Below are positions 47,985-58,522 of a stretch of 60,261 bases of DNA, in pieces. Source of the DNA: an uncultured Lentisphaeraceae bacterium (GTDB lineage Bacteria; Verrucomicrobiota; Kiritimatiellia; RFP12; UBA1067). A program made the position numbers and the translations under genes. Every line of letters starts with the position of its first letter. Position 1 is the first letter of the stretch. The notes beneath the pieces were generated by a model. It searched no databases. It was not told where the DNA came from and saw only the letters and a list, made by a program, of their open reading frames with translations. The DNA is taken from assembly GCA_964650165.1 (NCBI GenBank), contig CAZYQF010000001.1, positions 1-60,261 on the forward strand, in the 5' to 3' direction.

Positions 47985-48001
47985 GAGCGAAGCGAGGATA
48001 T

Positions 48002-48499
48002 ATGAAAAAGGCAATCATTGACACGACGATGGGTTCGATCACGCTGGAGCTCGATGACGTGAAGGCTCCGGCGACAGTTGAGAACTTCCTCGCTTACGCG
48101 GCGAGCGGATTCTACGACGGAACGGTCTTCCACCGCGTGATCGACGGATTCATGATCCAGGGCGGAGGCTTCACCCGCGACATGAACCAGAAGCAGACGC
48201 GTGCGCCGATCCGAAATGAGGCGGCGAACGGTCTCAAGAACGCGCGCGGCACGATTGCGATGGCGCGGACGATGGTCGTGGATTCCGCCACGAGCCAGTT
48301 CTTCGTCAACCTCGTTGACAACGATTTCCTCGATTTCTCGTCTCCGACGCCGGAGGGCTTCGGCTATGCGGTGTTCGGGAAGGTCACCGACGGCATGGAT
48401 GTCGTGGATTCGATTGCCAAGGTGAAGACCGGCTTTGCCGGTCCCTATCAGAACGTTCCGGAGGATGCGATTGTCATCAAGAAGGTGACGATTGCATAA
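48002..48499 (+). CDS. ppiB: Cyclophilin-type peptidyl-prolyl cis-trans isomerase
   Basis: [33 protein letters not shown]. Confidence 0.9.
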   Translation: MKKAIIDTTMGSITLELDDVKAPATVENFLAYAASGFYDGTVFHRVIDGFMIQGGGFTRDMNQKQTRAPIRNEAANGLKNARGTIAMARTMVVDSATSQFFVNLVDNDFLDFSSPTPEGFGYAVFGKVTDGMDVVDSIAKVKTGFAGPYQNVPEDAIVIKKVTIA

Positions 48500-48526
48500 A
48501 CTGTTGCCAATTTCTCTGAAAAATCA

Positions 48527-48532
48527 TATAAT
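48527..48532 (+). promoter_or_regulatory. -10 hexamer TATAAT upstream of the repeat-protein gene
   Basis: Exact TATAAT, 33 nt before ATG 48566. GAGGAG SD at 48550. Confidence 0.4.
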
Positions 48533-48565
48533 CTCATTCATACGTCATTGAGGAGACACCATAAA

Positions 48566-49156
48566 ATGAAGAAACTGTTCCCGTTGGCCCTGGTTGCCGC
48601 GCTGGCTTTCCCGCTCTGCGCGCAAGATCTCATTGAAGAAGCGGACGAGGAGACGCTGAATCCTGATGAAGAGCTGGCCGTCAAGGTCGAGGCTCCCAGA
48701 AAGAAAGTCGCGGTGTGGCCGGCGTTCATTGGCGTTTGCGAGTGGCCCGAGACGCCCGATCTCGTGGGACTTCGGTTCACCATCCCCTATTCGACCCGTC
48801 AGGAGAACGTGACGGGCCTCGACCTCGGCCTTTGGTCCCGCACGCTCTATTTCGAGGGCATTCAGCTCAGCCTGCTTCGAAACGACGTCAAGGATTCCTG
48901 CGCCGGCGTTCAGGTCGGCCTCTACAACTCGGTCGTCCGCGGCGATCTCGTCGGGCTTCAGGTCGGTCTCTGGAACGAGTCCAATTCGTTCCGCGGCCTT
49001 CAGTGCGGTCTCGTGAACGTGTCCGGCGACTCGCAGGGACTCCAGGTCGGACTCATCAACCGCAGCGAGACGATGTACGGCTTCCAGTTTGGCCTCATCA
49101 ACGTGATCCGCGATGCGGAAGTCCAGTTCTTCCCCTTTGTCAACATCGGCTTCTGA
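48566..49156 (+). CDS. Secreted or lipoprotein-like repeat protein with seven G-[LVIF]-Q-x-G-L-x-N units
   Basis: Signal peptide MKKLFPLALVAALAFPLCAQ (Cys before the mature part). Units GLDLGLW, GIQLSLL, GVQVGLYN, GLQVGLWN, GLQCGLVN, GLQVGLIN and GFQFGLIN occur every 14-16 residues. Confidence 0.6.
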   Translation: MKKLFPLALVAALAFPLCAQDLIEEADEETLNPDEELAVKVEAPRKKVAVWPAFIGVCEWPETPDLVGLRFTIPYSTRQENVTGLDLGLWSRTLYFEGIQLSLLRNDVKDSCAGVQVGLYNSVVRGDLVGLQVGLWNESNSFRGLQCGLVNVSGDSQGLQVGLINRSETMYGFQFGLINVIRDAEVQFFPFVNIGF

Positions 49157-49164
49157 TCATCTAA

Positions 49165-50361
49165 ATGAACATTCATCCTTTTGCGGCCGTGAGGCCTAAT
49201 CCCGAGGACGCGGCGAAAGTCGCGTCCGTTCCTTATGATGTGGTGGACACCGCCGAGGCGAAGGCGCTTGCGGCGGGGAATCCGAAGAGCTTCCTGCACG
49301 TGTCGCGTCCGGAGATCGATCTCCCCGACGGATCCGACTGCTCCTCTCCCGAGGCCTACGCCCAGGCGAAGAAGGCCCTTGGCGCTCTCATCTCCGGCGG
49401 CACGCTGATCAGGGACTCCGAGCCCAAGTTCTACGCCTACCGCCAGACGATGGGTTCGCACGCGCAGACCGGCATCGTCGCGTGCTTCGACACGCAGGAC
49501 TACCTCTCGGGCGTCCTCAAGCAGCACGAGAAGACGCGCAAGGACAAGGAGGACGACCGCACCCGCCACATCGAGACGCTCGAGGGGCATACGGAACCGG
49601 CGTTCCTGACCTACCGCGACGACCCGGCGATTGGCGCGATCGTCGACGCGGCCTGCCGCAACGACCCCCTCTACGACTTCGTCGCGCCCGACGGCATCGG
49701 CCATACGATGTGGGAGATCGCTCCGGGTTCGAGCTGCACGGGGGACGAGCTCCAGGAGCTCTTCGCGCGGATCCCGGTCGCGTACATCGCGGACGGACAC
49801 CACCGCTCGGCGGCGGCCTCGCGCTATGCGAAGGAGCGCGGTTTCGAGGGCGAAAGCCGCTGGTTCATGGCGACCATCTTTCCGGCGGGCCAGCTCAAGA
49901 TCCTCGCGTACAACCGTCTGGTGACTGACCTGAACGGGCTTTCGGACTACGAGTTCCTCTCGCGGGTCTCGGGGAATTTCGCCGTGGGCAAGAAGGGCGC
50001 ACGCAACTGCCGCATGTACTTCCGCGGCAGATGGACGGACCTCTCGTGGGACATTCCCGCCGAAGCGGACGTCGTGTCCGCGCTGGACGTCTCGTACCTT
50101 CAGGACCGGCTTCTGGCCCCGGTGCTGGGCGTGGGGGATCCGAGAACCGACAAGCGAATCTCCTTCATGGGCGGCATCCGCGGTGACGCGGCCCTTGCGG
50201 CCAAGGTCGATTCCGGAGAGAATGCCGTCGCGTTTGCCATGGAGCCGGTTACGGTCGAAGAGATGATGGCCATAGCCGACGCCGGGGCGATCATGCCGCC
50301 GAAGTCGACTTGGTTCGAGCCGAAGCTCCGGTCCGGGCTCTTCGTACACCTCCTCAAGTGA
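49165..50361 (+). CDS. DUF1015-family protein (function unknown)
   Basis: N-terminus MNIHPFAAVRPNPEDAAKVASVPYDVV and the internal ADGHHRSAAA motif match my recollection of DUF1015. Confidence 0.65.
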   Translation: MNIHPFAAVRPNPEDAAKVASVPYDVVDTAEAKALAAGNPKSFLHVSRPEIDLPDGSDCSSPEAYAQAKKALGALISGGTLIRDSEPKFYAYRQTMGSHAQTGIVACFDTQDYLSGVLKQHEKTRKDKEDDRTRHIETLEGHTEPAFLTYRDDPAIGAIVDAACRNDPLYDFVAPDGIGHTMWEIAPGSSCTGDELQELFARIPVAYIADGHHRSAAASRYAKERGFEGESRWFMATIFPAGQLKILAYNRLVTDLNGLSDYEFLSRVSGNFAVGKKGARNCRMYFRGRWTDLSWDIPAEADVVSALDVSYLQDRLLAPVLGVGDPRTDKRISFMGGIRGDAALAAKVDSGENAVAFAMEPVTVEEMMAIADAGAIMPPKSTWFEPKLRSGLFVHLLK

Positions 50362-50834
50362 CGTCGCCTGCCGAGTACTTCCGCCGGATCAAGTCCCAGA
50401 TGCTCCGCGAGCCGCTTCCGCCGGAGGACATCGCGGCCGGCTGGGCCTTGGGCATGTTCGTCGGCTGTGCGATTCCGTTTGGAATGCAGCTGATTGTCTC
50501 CGTGCCCCTGGCGCTGATGATGCGGGTTTCCAAGGTCGGGGCGACGGTCGGGACCCTGATCACGAATCCGGCCACGATCTTCGTCATCTACCCGATTCAA
50601 ACCTGGATCGTGAACCGGATCCTGTTCGGCGGCTCGCTGACCCTTTCGAAGCTCATGGAGACGGAATGGACCTGGGAATCGGTCCGCCGGCTAGGTGCGG
50701 AAGCCATGTTTTCCTTCTTTATCGGCGGATTTTTCCTTGCCATCGTCCTGACTCCGCTCACGTATTTTCTCGTCAAGCGCTGTGTCGTCGCCCATCGGGC
50801 GCATAAGGCCAAAATTACCCCCTTGCGCGATTAG
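50358..50834 (+). CDS. Small membrane protein, DUF2062-like
   Basis: GWALGMFVGCAIPFGMQLIVSVPLA...TNPATIF, with 3-4 hydrophobic helices. GTGA overlap with the upstream gene. Confidence 0.55.
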   Translation: MTSPAEYFRRIKSQMLREPLPPEDIAAGWALGMFVGCAIPFGMQLIVSVPLALMMRVSKVGATVGTLITNPATIFVIYPIQTWIVNRILFGGSLTLSKLMETEWTWESVRRLGAEAMFSFFIGGFFLAIVLTPLTYFLVKRCVVAHRAHKAKITPLRD

Positions 50835-50843
50835 GGACTGTTT

Positions 50844-50852
50844 TGATACAAT
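50844..50852 (+). promoter_or_regulatory. Extended -10-like box TGATACAAT upstream of rpmJ
   Basis: One mismatch to TGnTATAAT, 36 nt before ATG 50889. Confidence 0.45.
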
Positions 50853-50888
50853 ATATCCTCATTCGACCACTCAAAAGAGTAAACACTA

Positions 50889-51002
50889 ATGAAAGTACGT
50901 AGTTCTGTTCGTCGCATTTGCGAGAACTGCCGCGTTATCCGCCGTAAAGGCGTGGTGCGCGTGATCTGCACGAATCCGCGCCATAAGCAGCGTCAGGGTT
51001 AA
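50889..51002 (+). CDS. rpmJ: 50S ribosomal protein L36
   Basis: Not in the ORF track. Translates to [37 protein letters not shown]. Confidence 0.9.
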   Translation: MKVRSSVRRICENCRVIRRKGVVRVICTNPRHKQRQG

Positions 51003-51026
51003 GAAAGACAAGAGGTAAAACAAACT

Positions 51027-51407
51027 ATGCCTAGAATGATGGGTGTGGATATCCCGGGAAAGAAGCACATTCGCTTTGCCCTGCGCTATATCCACGGTAT
51101 CGGGCCGAAGCGCGCAGATGTCGTTTTGGCGGCAACGAATGTCGATCCCATGAAGAATGCGGACGACGTCACGCAGGATGAGATCCACGCGATCACGACG
51201 TACATTCAGGATCACTACCGTGTCGAGGGCGATCTCCGCCGTGAGGTTTCTCAGAACATCCGCCGTCTGATCCAGATCGGGACCTATCGCGGTACCCGCC
51301 ATAAGAAGGGTCTTCCCGTCCGCGGCCAGCGCACCAAGACGAACGCCCGCACCCGCAAGGGAGGCAAGCGTGTTTCGGTCTCGATGCCCAAGCAGGCCGC
51401 TCGCTAA
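51027..51407 (+). CDS. rpsM: 30S ribosomal protein S13
   Basis: MPRMMGVDIPGKKHIRFALRYIHGIG... 126 aa. Confidence 0.95.
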   Translation: MPRMMGVDIPGKKHIRFALRYIHGIGPKRADVVLAATNVDPMKNADDVTQDEIHAITTYIQDHYRVEGDLRREVSQNIRRLIQIGTYRGTRHKKGLPVRGQRTKTNARTRKGGKRVSVSMPKQAAR

Positions 51408-51419
51408 GGAATTTTGACA

Positions 51420-51872
51420 ATGAGCGAAGATATCAAGAATGAAGCCGCCTCGGCCACTTCGGCCCTGGACGCCGCCAACCCCGCCGCCGAAGGCGCCGAG
51501 GTCAAGGCGAAGAAGTCGAGCAAGTCGATTCCCGCGGGAATCGCGTTCATCCGCTCGACGTTCAACAACACCCAGGTCTCCATCGCCGACGCGCGCGGCG
51601 GAGTGATCTCCTGGAGCTCGGCCGGCAAGGCCGGTTTCAAGGGCAGCCGCAAGTCCACCGCTTTTGCCGCGACGATGGTCGCGCAGGATGCGGCGCGTGT
51701 CGCGGTCGCGAAGGGCATGCACGAGTGCGAAGTGAGGATGCAGGGCGCCGGAGCCGGCCGCGAGAGCGCGGTCCGTGCCATTCAGTCCGCGGGCATCCGC
51801 GTCACTCAGATCACGGATACCACCCCGGTTCCGCACAACGGTTGCCGCGCTCGTAAGCGCAGGAGGGTCTAA
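51420..51872 (+). CDS. rpsK: 30S ribosomal protein S11
   Basis: [29 protein letters not shown]...[16 protein letters not shown] 51420 preferred. ~20-aa N-terminal extension. Confidence 0.95.
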   Translation: MSEDIKNEAASATSALDAANPAAEGAEVKAKKSSKSIPAGIAFIRSTFNNTQVSIADARGGVISWSSAGKAGFKGSRKSTAFAATMVAQDAARVAVAKGMHECEVRMQGAGAGRESAVRAIQSAGIRVTQITDTTPVPHNGCRARKRRRV

Positions 51873-51874
51873 TC

Positions 51875-52504
51875 ATGGGTCGTTATACTGGTCCCGTTTG
51901 TCGTCAGTGCCGCCGCGAAGGGCAGAAGCTCTTCCTCAAGGGCGCACGTTGCTATATGGCCAAGTGCCCGATCGAGCAGAGTACCGGAGCTCCCGGTATG
52001 CATGTCGGTCGCCGCATGAAGAAGATGTCCGAGTACGGAACCCAGCTTCGCCAGAAGCAGTCGCTCCGCCGTCAGTACGGCATGGGCGAACTCCAGTTCC
52101 ACCGCTTCTTCGAAGAAGCCCTCCGCCAGCAGGGCGTCACGGGCGAGAACCTCCTTCAGCGTCTCGAGATGCGCCTTGACAACATCGTCTACCGTCTCGG
52201 TCTCGCGCCGAGCCGCCGCGCCGCGCGTCAGTTCGTCCTGCACGGTCATGTCGAGCTCAACGGCCGAAAGGCCGCGGTGCCGTCGATCATCGTCAAGGTC
52301 GGCGACGTCGTGTCCGTCAAGGACGATGCGAAGTCCAAGGAAGCTGCGAACAGTTCCGTCGAGGCCGCCACCGGAGCCCAGCTCCCCGTGTGGATGCAGT
52401 TCGACAAGGCCAACCTCAAGGCCGAGGTTCTCGCCGTGCCGACGCGTGAGCAGATCGCTCCGATCGTCGACGAGCAGGCTATCGTCGAGTTGTACTCGCG
52501 TTAA
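51875..52504 (+). CDS. rpsD: 30S ribosomal protein S4
   Basis: MGRYTGPVCRQCRREGQKLFLKG... with an S4 RNA-binding domain. Confidence 0.95.
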   Translation: MGRYTGPVCRQCRREGQKLFLKGARCYMAKCPIEQSTGAPGMHVGRRMKKMSEYGTQLRQKQSLRRQYGMGELQFHRFFEEALRQQGVTGENLLQRLEMRLDNIVYRLGLAPSRRAARQFVLHGHVELNGRKAAVPSIIVKVGDVVSVKDDAKSKEAANSSVEAATGAQLPVWMQFDKANLKAEVLAVPTREQIAPIVDEQAIVELYSR

Positions 52505-52542
52505 TCGTTCGTATCTTCAACAACTTCCAAGGGAGGTAAACA

Positions 52543-53541
<999 letters not shown>

Positions 53542-53556
53542 GATTAGGAGTTTACA

Positions 53557-53964
53557 ATGCGTCATCAAAGAGTCATGAAGAAATTCGGGCGCTCCACAGA
53601 GCATCGCAAGATGCTCATGAAGAGCCTGGTCACCAACCTCATTCTCGCGGAGTCCATCAAGACGACCCTGCCGAAGGCAAAGGAAGCGCGCAAGGACGCG
53701 GACAAGATCGTGACGATCGCCAAGAAGGGCGATCTCGCGGCCCGCCGTCTCGCCGCCAGCCTGACCCTCGACCCCAAGGCCGTCCAGAAGCTCTTCGAGA
53801 AGATCGCCCCCGCGATGAAAGATCGCCAGGGCGGCTATACCCGCATCGTCAAGCTCGGCACCCGCAAGGGCGACGCGGCTGAGATGTGCATTCTCCAGTG
53901 GACCTGTGCGGCCGAAGTGGCCGCCCCGGCCGCTGCCGAAGAGCCGGCGAAGGAGGTGAAATAA
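53557..53964 (+). CDS. rplQ: 50S ribosomal protein L17
   Basis: MRHQRVMKKFGRSTEHRKMLMKSLVTNLI...GGYTRIVKLG. Confidence 0.9.
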   Translation: MRHQRVMKKFGRSTEHRKMLMKSLVTNLILAESIKTTLPKAKEARKDADKIVTIAKKGDLAARRLAASLTLDPKAVQKLFEKIAPAMKDRQGGYTRIVKLGTRKGDAAEMCILQWTCAAEVAAPAAAEEPAKEVK

Positions 53965-54167
53965 TGGCTATTGTGCTCAAGCTCAAGAAGGGCGAGTCCG
54001 TTGAACGCGGACTCAAGCGCATGAAGAAGGTCCTCGACAAGGAAGGCCTTCTCAAGACCATCCGCGACCAGCGCTACTTCGAGAAGCCCTGCGTCAAGGC
54101 ACGCAAGAAATCCCAGCGTGCGCGCATCCGCAACCGTTCGCGTCGCGGCCGTATGGAGCTGAACTGA
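53964..54167 (+). CDS. rpsU: 30S ribosomal protein S21
   Basis: MAIVLKLKKGESVERGLKRMKKVLDKEGLLKTIRDQRYFEKP... 67 aa. TAATG overlap with rplQ. Confidence 0.85.
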   Translation: MAIVLKLKKGESVERGLKRMKKVLDKEGLLKTIRDQRYFEKPCVKARKKSQRARIRNRSRRGRMELN

Positions 54168-54172
54168 GTCTT

Positions 54173-54205
54173 TCTCAGCGATCTCAGATTGAACGTCTCA
54201 GATCT
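54173..54205 (+). repeat. TCTCAG(AT) cluster related to the dispersed repeat (copy C, degenerate)
   Basis: TCTCAGCGATCTCAGATTGAACGTCTCAGATCT has three TCTCAG units. The adjacent GTTGACCCGAGG resembles GTTTGACCCGAGG next to copy A. Confidence 0.5.
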
Positions 54206-54209
54206 TAGA

Positions 54210-54243
54210 AAACGCCTCGGGTTGACCCGAGGCGTTTCTTTTT
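54210..54243 (+). terminator. Rho-independent terminator after rpsU
   Basis: AAACGCCTCGGG-TTGA-CCCGAGGCGTTT: perfect 12-bp stem followed by CTTTTT. Confidence 0.85.
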
Positions 54244-54251
54244 GATATACT
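54243..54251 (+). promoter_or_regulatory. Extended -10-like box TGATATACT upstream of nusA
   Basis: One mismatch to TGnTATAAT, 76 nt before ATG 54328. Confidence 0.4.
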
Positions 54252-54282
54252 TATCGGGTAATTTCGGCGATCCAACAGGGTC

Positions 54283-54307
54283 GGACCGCAAGGTTCTTTT
54301 TTATTTT
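54283..54307 (+). promoter_or_regulatory. Weak hairpin plus U-tract in the nusA leader (candidate attenuator)
   Basis: GGACC-GCAA-GGTTC (5-bp stem, GNRA-type loop) followed by TTTTTTATTTT, 20 nt before the GGAAGGAG SD. Confidence 0.4.
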
Positions 54308-54327
54308 GACAGGAAGGAGCGATAGAA

Positions 54328-55605
54328 ATGGCGATGAACAATCAGCTGCTGGCCGTGGTCCAGCAAATTGAGAACGAGCGTGGAGTCGGCCGTGAAATCG
54401 TGCTGACGGCGATCGAGCAGGCCCTCAGCCAGGCCGCCCGGAAAAACCACGACGTCACCAACGACTTGCGCGTCGCCATCGATCGGAAGGACCTTTCGCT
54501 CCATGTCTACGATACCCTCGTCGCCAGCGACGACGACACCGGCCCCGGCTTCATTTCGATTGCCAGGGCCATGCGTCTCAATCACGGCAACCCCGTCAAG
54601 GAGGGCGAAACGGTCGAGATTGAGATGCCGGCCGCCCGTCTCGGCCGCATCGCGGCGCAGACCTCGCGTCAGATGATCATGCAGAAGATCCGCGAGGCCG
54701 AACGCACCAACACCTTTTCCGAATACAAGGACCGCGTGGGCGACATCGTCAGCGGCACGGTTTCGGCGGTTTCGCACCGAGACACCTACGTCACGGTCGG
54801 CAAGACGGAAATGATCCTGCCTGGCAAGGAGCGCATTCCGACCGAGGACCTCCAGGTCGGCGATCCGATCCGCGCGATCATCCTCCGCGTCGATCCCGAG
54901 GCGAAAGGGCCGAGCGTGATCCTGTCCCGCGCGAGCGGAAAGTTCGTCGAGGCGCTCTTCCGTCTCGAGGTCAGCGAGATCGCGGACGGCGTGGTCGAGA
55001 TCATGGGCATCAGCCGCGATCCCGGCTACCGCGCCAAGCTCGCGGTCCGCACGTCCAACGAGAACGTCGACCCGGTCGGCGCCTGCGTCGGGCAGCGCGG
55101 CAGCCGCGTCCGCACGATCGTCAACGAGCTTTCCGGCGAGAAGATCGACATCGTCCGCTGGAACGAGGACATCCGCCAGTACGTCGCGCAGGCGCTCGCG
55201 CCGGCGAAGCTCGAGTCCATCGAGGTCGACCCCGTCCTGCCGAACACCGTCCATGTCGTCGCCGCGGCCGACCAGTATTCGCTGGCGATCGGAAAGCGCG
55301 GACAGAACGTGCGGCTCACGACCAAGCTCACCGGATGGCAGGTCGAGATCCGCAAGTCGATGGCGGCCGCCTCCTTCGAGGACCAGAAGGCCGAGGCCAT
55401 CAAGGAACTGGCCGAGACCTTCAGCGTCTCGACCGCGGTCGCCACGCAGATGGCGGACGCAGGCTTCCTCTCCGTCGACGGCATCGTCGGCGAGGACGAG
55501 GCGAGCTTCATCGCGGCGACCGGCCTCGACGAAGTCACTGCAAAGGGTATTTATGCCGCGGCACAGGCCGTGGTCGAGCTGACGGCCGGAGGAGACGCCG
55601 AATAA
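54328..55605 (+). CDS. nusA: Transcription termination/antitermination factor NusA
   Basis: LLAVVQQIENERGVGREIVLTAIEQAL N-terminus, S1 domain (GDIVSGTV), KH domains (CVGQRGSRV, AIGKRGQNV). Confidence 0.9.
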   Translation: MAMNNQLLAVVQQIENERGVGREIVLTAIEQALSQAARKNHDVTNDLRVAIDRKDLSLHVYDTLVASDDDTGPGFISIARAMRLNHGNPVKEGETVEIEMPAARLGRIAAQTSRQMIMQKIREAERTNTFSEYKDRVGDIVSGTVSAVSHRDTYVTVGKTEMILPGKERIPTEDLQVGDPIRAIILRVDPEAKGPSVILSRASGKFVEALFRLEVSEIADGVVEIMGISRDPGYRAKLAVRTSNENVDPVGACVGQRGSRVRTIVNELSGEKIDIVRWNEDIRQYVAQALAPAKLESIEVDPVLPNTVHVVAAADQYSLAIGKRGQNVRLTTKLTGWQVEIRKSMAAASFEDQKAEAIKELAETFSVSTAVATQMADAGFLSVDGIVGEDEASFIAATGLDEVTAKGIYAAAQAVVELTAGGDAE

Positions 55606-55606
55606 C

Positions 55607-58120
55607 ATGAGAGTATATGAAATAGCCAAGGAAGCTGGCGTGACCAGCTCCGACGTGCTCAAAGCCGCCGAAGCCGCCGGCATTGAAGCGACAAGCGCAA
55701 TCAGCACCGTTGGATTCGGGGATGTTGCGACGATCAAGTCCGCCCTCGCCGGTGCCGACGCCAGCGCGGCCGAGGCGAACCGCGCGGCCAAGCGCAATCG
55801 CGCGGCTGAGCTCAACGCCAAGTTCTTGTCCGAATACCGTGCCAAGCTCGACGGCCACCTCGAGATCGCGAAGGCCGCAGCCGAAGGCCGCGACCCCGCG
55901 GCAGTCAAGCTCGAGAAGACGCCGGTGGCGAAGCCCTTCGTAAAGCCCGCGGCTGAGCCGGAGGCCGAGACGGCCGTTCAGGCGGCCGTTGCGCCGGCGG
56001 CTCCCGCCGCGCCGGCGAAGCCTGCGATCCGCATGGCGCCCGGCTTCAAGCCGAAACCGCTTCCGGTGGTTTCTGCCGCGCAGTCGGGACTGACCGCGAC
56101 CGCGGGATTCAGACCGCTTGCAAAGGCCGCGCCGTCTTCCGCCATCTCGATTTCTGTCGCAGTTGCCGCCGCCCCGAAGCCGAAGACGGTTTCGGTCGAC
56201 GACTACGAAGGAGACAAGGGCCGCAAGGGCAAGAAGGGCCGTGACGCCCAGAAGGTGTTTGAGAAACATCTCGCCGGCGTGCCCCGCGTCGCCCAGACCG
56301 TCCCCCAGCAGGGCGGGCGCATCTCCGTCAACGAGGACTCCAAGGAGATTTCCATCCGCGGGGCCGTGATCGTCAAGGACCTTGCCGCGAAGCTCAACAT
56401 CAAGCCGAATCGCCTGATCGCCGACCTCATGGGCCTCAAGATCCTCGCGTCCATCAATCAGCGCGTCGAATCCGACATCGCCACCAAGGTTGCCGAAAAA
56501 TACGGCTTCAAGATGGTCATCGAGCACGCCCGCGACAAGGACGCGGCGAAGCCCGTGCTCAAGTCGATCGATGCGGACGACCTGATTCCAGAAGATGCGC
56601 CCGAGACTCTGAAGCCGCGCGCTCCGGTCATCACGTTCCTCGGACACGTCGACCACGGCAAGACCACGCTGATGGACTGGATTCGCAAGGAGCACGTCGC
56701 CGCCGGTGAGGCGGGCGGCATCACCCAGCAGATCTCCGCCTACCAGGTCGAGATCGCCGGAAAGAAGATCACGTTCCTCGACACTCCCGGTCACGCCGCG
56801 TTCAGCGCGATGCGCGCCCGCGGCGCCCTCCTCACCGACATCGCGGTGCTGATCATCGCCGGCGACGACGGCATCATGCCCCAGACCGAGGAGTGCATCA
56901 GGGTCGCGCGCCAGGCTGGCGTCCAGATCATGGTCGCCATCACCAAGTGCGACAAGCCGACGTCCAACGTCGACCGCGTCAAGCAGCAGCTCCAGAAGCA
57001 CGGGTTCACGCCCGAGGACTGGGGCGGCGACATCATCTGCTGCCCCGTCTCCGGCGTGACCGGCGAGGGTGTCGACGCGCTGCTCGAGAACATCCTGGTC
57101 CAGGCCGAGGTGCTCGAGCTCTCCGCGAATCCGAGCCGTCGCGCGAACGGTTACGTCATCGAGGCGGAGCTCCAGCAGGGTCTCGGACCCTGTGCCACGC
57201 TCCTCGTCACCGGCGGAACTCTCAAGGTCGGCGACGCCATTCTCATCGGCGAGCACTTCGGCAAGGTCCGCGCGCTCATCGACGACCGCGGCCGCCGCAT
57301 CAAGGAGGCGCCGCCTGCGATGCCCGTCAAGTGCACCGGCCTCTCGGGCGTTCCCGAAGCGGGCGCGGAGTTCCGGGTCATGCTCGACGAGAAGCGAGCC
57401 CGCGTCCTTGCGGAGCAGACTGCGCAGGAGCGCAAGGAGCAGGAGCTGTCCTCTTCCAAGGCCGCGACGCTCGACGCGCTGATGAGCCGCATGGCTGCCG
57501 AAGGCAAGCGCGAGCTCAACGTCATCGTCAAGTCCGAGAACCAGGGCACCCTCGAGGCGGTCGTCGCCGCGCTCCAGGACATCAAGTCCGACAAGGTCGG
57601 GCTCAACGTCATCGGCACCGGCACGGGCAACGTGTCGCTCACCGACGTCAAGTCTGCCGCCGCCGGCAAGGCGGTCGTTCTCGGCTTCGACATCGGCAAC
57701 GACGCGGGCGTCCAGCAGCAGGCGCGCCACGACGGCGTCCGCATCAACTCCTTCCGCATCATCTACGAGCTCATCGACCACGTCAAGCAGTCGATGCTCG
57801 ACCTGCTGCCGCCGGAGTACAAGGAGGTCGTACTCGGGCACGCCGAGATCAAGGCCGTCTACGACATCGGCAAGCTCGGCAAGATTGCCGGCTCCCAGAT
57901 GCTTGACGGCAGGCTCACCTTCAAGGACAAGTACCGCATCCGCCGCAACAAGGAGCAGGTCTGGGAAGGAAAAGTCAAGACGCTTCGCCACTTCAAGGAC
58001 GAGGTCAAGGAAGTCAACGGCCAGCAGGAATGCGGCGTCTGCTTCCACAACTACGAGGACTTCCAGGAAGGCGACGTCATCGAGTGCTACATGCTCGAGG
58101 AGCTGACGAGGTCGCTTTGA
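55607..58120 (+). CDS. infB: Translation initiation factor IF-2
   Basis: [19 protein letters not shown]-domain. [18 protein letters not shown] and TKCD G-motifs. Confidence 0.95.
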   Translation: MRVYEIAKEAGVTSSDVLKAAEAAGIEATSAISTVGFGDVATIKSALAGADASAAEANRAAKRNRAAELNAKFLSEYRAKLDGHLEIAKAAAEGRDPAAVKLEKTPVAKPFVKPAAEPEAETAVQAAVAPAAPAAPAKPAIRMAPGFKPKPLPVVSAAQSGLTATAGFRPLAKAAPSSAISISVAVAAAPKPKTVSVDDYEGDKGRKGKKGRDAQKVFEKHLAGVPRVAQTVPQQGGRISVNEDSKEISIRGAVIVKDLAAKLNIKPNRLIADLMGLKILASINQRVESDIATKVAEKYGFKMVIEHARDKDAAKPVLKSIDADDLIPEDAPETLKPRAPVITFLGHVDHGKTTLMDWIRKEHVAAGEAGGITQQISAYQVEIAGKKITFLDTPGHAAFSAMRARGALLTDIAVLIIAGDDGIMPQTEECIRVARQAGVQIMVAITKCDKPTSNVDRVKQQLQKHGFTPEDWGGDIICCPVSGVTGEGVDALLENILVQAEVLELSANPSRRANGYVIEAELQQGLGPCATLLVTGGTLKVGDAILIGEHFGKVRALIDDRGRRIKEAPPAMPVKCTGLSGVPEAGAEFRVMLDEKRARVLAEQTAQERKEQELSSSKAATLDALMSRMAAEGKRELNVIVKSENQGTLEAVVAALQDIKSDKVGLNVIGTGTGNVSLTDVKSAAAGKAVVLGFDIGNDAGVQQQARHDGVRINSFRIIYELIDHVKQSMLDLLPPEYKEVVLGHAEIKAVYDIGKLGKIAGSQMLDGRLTFKDKYRIRRNKEQVWEGKVKTLRHFKDEVKEVNGQQECGVCFHNYEDFQEGDVIECYMLEELTRSL

Positions 58121-58147
58121 ACGACCTCGAGTGAAGAGTGAAAAAGT

Positions 58148-58522
58148 ATGAGCGTTGACAGACTTGAACGTGTGAATTCCTTGCTGAAACGGGTCATCGC
58201 CGAGTCGATGTTCTCCGTGATGCAGGGCGACAGCGTGCAGCCCGGACTCATTACCGTGACGAACGTCGCGTGCGGACGGGACCTCCGGGACGCCACCGTC
58301 AAGGTGTCGGTCTTCGGGGACGACGCGCTCAAGCAGACCGCCCTCCAGCACCTCAAGCACAATGCCAAGCGCTTCCAGGCGATCATCAACCGCGAGATGC
58401 AGCTCAAGTACACCCCGCGGCTTCTCTTCCAGCTCGACCTCTCGCTCGAGAAGGGCGACGAGGTGATGGCGATACTGGACAAGCTTCCGCCAGTCGACCA
58501 TGGCCAACCTGACCCAGCTTAA
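58148..58522 (+). CDS. rbfA: Ribosome-binding factor A
   Basis: RVNSLLKRVIAESM...ITVTNVACGRDLRDATVKVSV. Conserved position after infB. Confidence 0.85.
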   Translation: MSVDRLERVNSLLKRVIAESMFSVMQGDSVQPGLITVTNVACGRDLRDATVKVSVFGDDALKQTALQHLKHNAKRFQAIINREMQLKYTPRLLFQLDLSLEKGDEVMAILDKLPPVDHGQPDPA

